Below, piece after piece: positions 58,789 through 64,000 of a DNA stretch of 64,000 nt (position 1 is its first letter; each line of letters starts with the position of its first letter). The notes under the pieces are model-generated. The model ran no database searches. It was not told where the DNA came from and was given only the letters and a program-made list of their open reading frames with translations. A program made the translations under genes and the position numbers. Source of the DNA: an uncultured Pirellulaceae bacterium (GTDB taxonomy: Bacteria > Planctomycetota > Planctomycetia > Pirellulales > Pirellulaceae); contig CAYGUE010000006.1 in NCBI GenBank assembly GCA_964352885.1, forward strand, positions 5,916 through 69,915, given 5' to 3'.

Positions 58789-59680
58789 ATGGATGACGCA
58801 TCAATCGAGCCATTGGAACCAGATCGCGATCAGGCGCTCAATCCGGTTCCTCCAATCGCATTGACTGGTTTGCTGTTTGTAATTGCCATTTGCTGTGACC
58901 AATTTTGTTTGGGAATTGCCTTGGGGCAGTGGCACACGGCAGATCGTCGTTAGCATCTTCAATGGAATGTTGTTGTCTTTGCCGATACTGGTATCTTTGT
59001 GGGTGGTGTTTGGAGCACAAACATGGATCATTCGCCTTCCACTGGCGTTTGCGGCGCTGTTGGTTTTGTTGGCGATTTATCTAGCCACGATTTCGAGTCA
59101 GCCTTCTTCCGCGCCGAGTGAAGTCTATTGGTTGATATCTGCGATCACGCTGGCAATTACCCTGGGCATACAGATTCCACTTTGGATTGTCCGGGTATCG
59201 AAACGGGTTTGGATTAGTCGACAAGGGTCAGGCTCATCGGTTCGATCGCAATTCTCGATAAAGCACTTGCTGATTACGACGACCGCCTTTGCCTTGCTTC
59301 TACCGTTGCTTCAATGGTTCGCTACATTTGGAAGCGCTGGCCAGATGCCGTCGGGCATGATGGGCAGAGAGATGGTGGGATTTTGCGGTATCTTTATTTC
59401 GGTACTGGCTTTTCTGACTTTGCTTTCAGTGCTGATCGTTTTCTCGCCAAAACTTCGAATCTGGTGTTGGTCTCTGTTGATGATTGGCATCTTTACGCTT
59501 CCAGTCGCCGTGGTCCCTTCGATCAGATTTGTGCTCGGTGGTCGATCCTACTCAACGACAGACCTGATCGACACGGGCTTGAACGTCATGACATTTTCGG
59601 CATCCAGTGCGCTGACCATGATCGTGGTCCTGTTTATGTACTACGCCATTGGGTTTCGGCTGCGAAGTTCGACAGCGTAG
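58789..59680 (+). pseudogene. Membrane protein gene with a +1 frameshift near 58882
   Basis: AAAGGAG RBS and ATG at 58789 read MDDASIEP...LTGLLFV, then the hydrophobic reading continues in the 58883 frame (LPFAVTNF..QFSIKHLL). Confidence 0.6.
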
Positions 59681-59767
59681 CGACCAGCATTCCTTCATAC
59701 ATGTTGAAGCGACGGCAAGCTTTGCCAGCACGTTACCCTGACGGAACTGACCTTCGCCGATCGTGCA

Positions 59768-60526
59768 GGCACCGACGTTTGGCTGAACACTCCAACGAGG
59801 TGCGGAACCAGCGGCATGAAGATGATCTTCAATGCAGGGCTGAATCTTTCAGTTTCCGATGGTTGGTGAGATGAAGCCTGGAATCCCGATGTGGGTTGGG
59901 TGTTCGGCAAGACGGAAAATGTTGAAAACGTTGATGTTCGCGATGCAGATCAGCTGTATACACTTTTGGAGCAAGAAGTCATTACCGAATTTTACGAGCG
60001 GGACTCGACCGGAATACCAATCCGCTGGTTGAAGCGGGTTGTTGCCAGTATGACACAGTTGACGTTGCGGTTTAGCAATAGCCGAATGGCCAAGGAGTAT
60101 GTCGAGCAAGCATATCTACCGGCTGCCAGAGCGGTCGAACGTCGCGCTGCCGACAATGCACCAGTCGCTCGCGACTTGTACGATTGGAGTCTTCAACTCG
60201 AAGAAAACTGGCAGGATGTCCGATTCGGTGAAATGGAAACTACCGAATGCGAAGGGGCTTGGCGATTTGAGGTGACTGCCTATCTAGGAGAACTACAACC
60301 CGATGTTGTACAGGTGGAATTGTATGAGGACCCGGTTGACGGCAAGCAGTCGGTGATCATACCGCTGGGGCTTGATCATCGCTTGCCTGGCTCGGTCAAC
60401 GGATACGTCTTCATCGGTAGCGCTCCAATGGAACGGCCCCACGAGCATTACACACCTCGTATCGTGGCGCGGCATCGAGATGCATTTATTCCAGCCGAGG
60501 ACCCTCGTGTTCTCTGGTACAAATAG
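59768..60526 (+). pseudogene. glgP: Alpha-glucan phosphorylase C-terminal remnant
   Basis: In-frame GTDVWLNTPTRCGTSGMK...NLSVSDGW*DEA (TGA at 59867-59869) continuing into LYTLLEQEV..FYER..RFSNSRM.KEY; N-terminal portion missing. Confidence 0.85.
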
Positions 60527-60666
60527 CTTCGGGGAAAGAAAGGACGTAGCAACTGCGTCCTCTTTGTCTCCCCTGAAGTTGTTGTTCCGTCCAAAATTTC
60601 CTACAGATACCGAATCTCAACTGTAACAATCATCCTGTTGTTTTCGTATTTTCTATCTGAAAAAAA

Positions 60667-61428
60667 ATGTTTACTTACGCCATCGTTTGCAAACCGTCTG
60701 AAAGCATTGTCAACGGCATTACCACCGCCAAGCTTGGCGTTCCGGATTATGAAAATACGCTACGTCAGCATCAAGCATATATCGATGTGTTACGGAGCTG
60801 CGGCCTGACCATCATCACCTTGCCCGCCGACGAAGCCTTTCCGGACAGCTGTTTTGTCGAAGATACGGCATTGCTGACCAGGCGTTGCGCAATTATCGCG
60901 CGGCCCGGAGCCCCCACGCGACAGGGCGAGGAAGCAGCGGTGCTCGACTTGCTGCCCCGATATTTCGACAACATTGAGTCGATTGAGGCCCCCGGAACCA
61001 TTGAACCAGGCGACATCATGATGGTGGGCGATCACTTTTACATCGGGCTTTCGGATCGTACTAACGCCGAGGGCGCGCGTCAAATGATTTCACTATTGGA
61101 GACGCACGGCCTCAGCGGTTCCACGGTCGAGATGCAGGGGATGTTACATCTCAAGACCGGGCTATCCTATTTGGAAAACAACACGCTTGTCGCATGCGGT
61201 GAAATTCTTCACGAGCCGGAATTTGCAAAATTCAAACTCATCGCCATTGATGCCGACGAAGCCTACGCTGCCAATTGCGTATGGGTCAACGGCACAGTGC
61301 TCGTGCCGGCGGGCTTTCCGATAACCCGGCAAAAAATTGAAGCTGCCGGTTATCCCGTGATCCCGGTAGATTTGTCTGAATTTCAAAAGCTGGACGGTGG
61401 TTTGAGCTGCTTATCGTTGCGGTTTTGA
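60667..61428 (+). CDS. Dimethylarginine dimethylaminohydrolase (amidinotransferase superfamily)
   Basis: FPDSCFVEDT, RQGE, HLKTG, YAANC, KLDGGLSCLSLRF (Asp-His-Cys triad). Confidence 0.9.
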   Translation: MFTYAIVCKPSESIVNGITTAKLGVPDYENTLRQHQAYIDVLRSCGLTIITLPADEAFPDSCFVEDTALLTRRCAIIARPGAPTRQGEEAAVLDLLPRYFDNIESIEAPGTIEPGDIMMVGDHFYIGLSDRTNAEGARQMISLLETHGLSGSTVEMQGMLHLKTGLSYLENNTLVACGEILHEPEFAKFKLIAIDADEAYAANCVWVNGTVLVPAGFPITRQKIEAAGYPVIPVDLSEFQKLDGGLSCLSLRF

Positions 61429-61493
61429 ATTTGTGGCGTCAAGTTCAACGCCAGTGTTCGTATCGTGGCTCCAGGTTGCTACGTGCGATGCTG

Positions 61494-61539
61494 CTGTGGG
61501 CTTCCACCCACAGTTACATGCGGTCGCAGCTATCGCTGC
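61494..61539. repeat. Twin small hairpins, REP-like
   Basis: CTGTGGG-CTTCCA-CCCACAG and GCAGC-TATC-GCTGC. Confidence 0.4.
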
Positions 61540-61857
61540 TCAAACCGAGCTACGCTTGCCCTCATTCGACAAACAAAAAGCTTGCAAATTGAAAATCAAG
61601 ACCCGTAAAAGGAAGACTATTTTTGTGCATTTGTTTACCCAAAGCTGGCTCGTTTAACAAATTTGCGTCAGACCAGTCCTTGCCGTAGTCGGACCGTTTT
61701 TCTCGGATGCGCAGTAACATGATCCGTTTGTTACAAAGACCAATCCTTACTGACCGACTCTGCAATACTTCAGTTGTATGTCTTCGAGCTAGTAACGGTT
61801 TGAATCATTGCGTGCCGCGCAGATTTCTATATTTAGTAAATTGATTCGTTAGGTTTT

Positions 61858-61918
61858 GTTTGTAGTACCGCCTTTAGGCGGAAAAGGATGGTGTTGGGCT
61901 AAAGCCGGTACTACGAAC
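61858..61918. repeat. GTAG-family REP doublet (inverted pair)
   Basis: GTTTGTAGTACCGCCTTTAGGCGG ... GGCTAAAGCCGGTACTACGAAC. Confidence 0.75.
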
Positions 61919-62147
61919 TGGGTATTGAAACCGCTTCGAGTTACCCACGGTTGATTGGTGTTTATTCGTGGTTCTTTTTGGTCGCGGCTACGCCGCGCTG
62001 GGAATTAGAGGGTTATGATGCTGTCACGATCGCCGTGTTGCCGACAAACTTTACCAGCGTCATCCAGATCGGGTCCGGCATAGGAAGCCAGACATCTGGC
62101 AATCGAAAAGCCCCGTTTTTTGCCAACGTTTGGCAGCCACAACGATC

Positions 62148-63473
62148 ATGACCATGAAAACAAAAGAAGCAACGCTGGGATTCTGGACCGCTACGTCAAT
62201 GGTCACCGGCAACATGATTGGTTCGGGGATCTTCCTGTTGCCTGCTTCATTGGCAGGATTCGGTGGAATCAGTATTGTGGGCTGGTTGTTTTCCGCGGTC
62301 GGTTCAATCCTGCTGGCCCTGGTTTTTGCAGGCCTGGCGCGCCAAATTCGCGGGTCGGGAGGGCCGTATCTTTACACCCAAGCCGGGTTTGGCGATGTGC
62401 CCGGATTTCTCGTGGCCTGGGGCTATTGGATTGCCATCGTGGCGACCAATGCCGCGATTGCCATCGCCCTGGTGAGTTACTTGTCGGTGTTCTGGCCAGC
62501 ATTGGCTAAACAGGCTTGGCTGAGCACGCTGGTTACGTTGATATTTGTTTGGCTGCTCGTGGCGGTGAATGTCCGTGGCATCAAACGAGCGGGACAAGTC
62601 CAACTGGTCTGCACGGTCCTAAAAATTCTACCACTGGTTGCCGTCGGTGCCGTGGGCTTATTCTTTCTGGAACCGACTCACTTCGAACCTTGGAACCAGA
62701 GTGGTCAGTCCACGTTCTCTGCGGTGACCGCCACGGCAGCGTTGACGGTTTGGGCTTTTCTCGGTCTGGAGAGCGCCAACATCCCTGCCGCGGAGGTAAA
62801 AGATCCAGAAAGAAATGTGCCCCGAGCGGCAGTCGCCGGTACTTTGATTGCCGCGCTGGTTTATATTCCCGCAACGGTTGCGGTCATGGGATTAATTGGC
62901 CCGGATCAATTGGCCCAATCCAATGCACCGTTTGCCGATGCTGCGGCCCTTTTGTGGGGGCGTTGGGGATATTGCCTGATCGGTATCGGCGCGATCGTAT
63001 CCTGCTTTGGTGCCTTGAATGGCTGGACCCTTTGTTTGGGCCAGATTCCGATGGCTGCGGCGAAGGATGAATTGTTTCCCAATTTTTTTGCCGATCAGTC
63101 CAAGTTCGGGACTCCGGCCAAAGGGATCATCTTCTCTTCGGTATTGGTGAGTCTACTGGTCCTCATGAATGGTAGTGAAAGCCTGGTAGACCAATTCACC
63201 TATGTGATTCTTTTGGCAACCTTGACGACCCTGCTGCCCTATCTGCTCTGCTCCCTTGCCCGTTTGACGATTGCCATTAAAACGCAACAGCCTCTCTCGT
63301 TTTTAGATGTGCTGGTGAGTTTGCTGGCTGCCGCATTTTCCGTCTGGGCGATCATGGGAACAGGGATGGAAACCATTTATTGGGGCGGTTTTCTATTGAT
63401 GCTGGGATTACCAGTGCACGTCTTCGTGAAATGGCGCAGTAGCCTTAAGTCAAAAAACGAGACAGGTACATAA
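62148..63473 (+). CDS. APC-family basic amino acid permease/antiporter (AdiC/CadB/PotE-like)
   Basis: GNMIGSGIFLLPASLA, GGPYLY, WAFLGLESA, DPERNVPRA; about 12 TM. Confidence 0.92.
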   Translation: MTMKTKEATLGFWTATSMVTGNMIGSGIFLLPASLAGFGGISIVGWLFSAVGSILLALVFAGLARQIRGSGGPYLYTQAGFGDVPGFLVAWGYWIAIVATNAAIAIALVSYLSVFWPALAKQAWLSTLVTLIFVWLLVAVNVRGIKRAGQVQLVCTVLKILPLVAVGAVGLFFLEPTHFEPWNQSGQSTFSAVTATAALTVWAFLGLESANIPAAEVKDPERNVPRAAVAGTLIAALVYIPATVAVMGLIGPDQLAQSNAPFADAAALLWGRWGYCLIGIGAIVSCFGALNGWTLCLGQIPMAAAKDELFPNFFADQSKFGTPAKGIIFSSVLVSLLVLMNGSESLVDQFTYVILLATLTTLLPYLLCSLARLTIAIKTQQPLSFLDVLVSLLAAAFSVWAIMGTGMETIYWGGFLLMLGLPVHVFVKWRSSLKSKNETGT

Positions 63474-63786
63474 TTAGTGCTGCTCGGTTCGTCGCGGGCA
63501 CGCATCTCGCGATCCTCAAGGGCGTCTACCCTGGAAAACCAACTCGACTGCCGATTAAGTAATGCGCTGATAAGAATACGGGTGATCGTGGTCAGTCATT
63601 AAACAAATGCGTTTTCTGCCATCAGCATCAAGCCACCGTTTGATGCCCGGCTGACCAGCAACTCATGCGTTTAATGACTCGCCTGAAACGTGTTCATTAA
63701 ACGTCTGAATTAAGTTTCTGGGACAGGCGATTGCGGACTTGGCAGTTTCTGCCATTTCCGTCCCCATCAAACGAATGGAACCAACC

Positions 63787-64000
63787 TTACCCCGCAGAAC
63801 CAGAATCGTCCTGTTCCTGCAAATCTTTGACTGCGGAAGCCAACCAGGCAATGACACGATCTTCCATGAATTTGTAAAACGGATTGTGCCGGCAGCGAAC
63901 AAACAGTGAATTGGACATCAACAATGCACTGGGCTCGGCCCGCATGCTCAGCGTTCCCAGCGATAGTCCGCTGTTGGCCGTCGCTACACGGGTTCCATAA
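63787..64000 (-). CDS. 3' end of a hypothetical gene entering from the right
   Basis: Open frame from the window edge (YGTRVATANSG...RHNPFYKFMEDRVIAWL...) to TAA at 63787. Confidence 0.45.
   Translation of the reverse strand, partial: YGTRVATANSGLSLGTLSMRAEPSALLMSNSLFVRCRHNPFYKFMEDRVIAWLASAVKDLQEQDDSGSAG

Noticed and set aside
59867-59869. In-frame TGA as selenocysteine or a recoded Trp
   Set aside because: It replaces a Trp in a gene with other lesions, and TGA acts as a normal stop elsewhere in the window

Overview
Bacterial DNA, most likely a planctomycete (inferred from PVC-type cytochrome c/DUF1080/ThuA proteins and GTAG-type REP elements). About 9.4-56.2 kb is a nearly complete, contiguous flagellar gene cluster with export apparatus, C/MS rings, rod, P/L rings, hook, a single flagellin, cap, FlgM/FliA and a sigma-54 activator. 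It carries embedded accessory genes (two TPR proteins, a MotE/FlbB-like protein, a lipoprotein, sthA, HDOD proteins, a diguanylate cyclase, a K+ channel). No che, flhF or flhG genes are seen in the window. Most notable: (i) one PomA-like MotA with two tandem B subunits, one with the Na+-type and one with the H+-type TM signature, both with degenerate peptidoglycan-binding domains; (ii) coordinated loss of switching motifs in FliM and FliG; (iii) a readable regulatory circuit with two consensus sigma-54 promoters, a shared upstream motif, an input-less activator and CsrA-like sites on the flagellin leader; (iv) tandem repeats in the FliK ruler. To the right lie a tRNA-Leu 3' fragment, attC-like sites, a frameshifted membrane-protein gene, a glucan phosphorylase pseudogene and a DDAH/APC-permease pair. 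To the left are a hexaheme cytochrome c and a four-domain fusion protein. All calls are by eye from motifs; no database searches were run.
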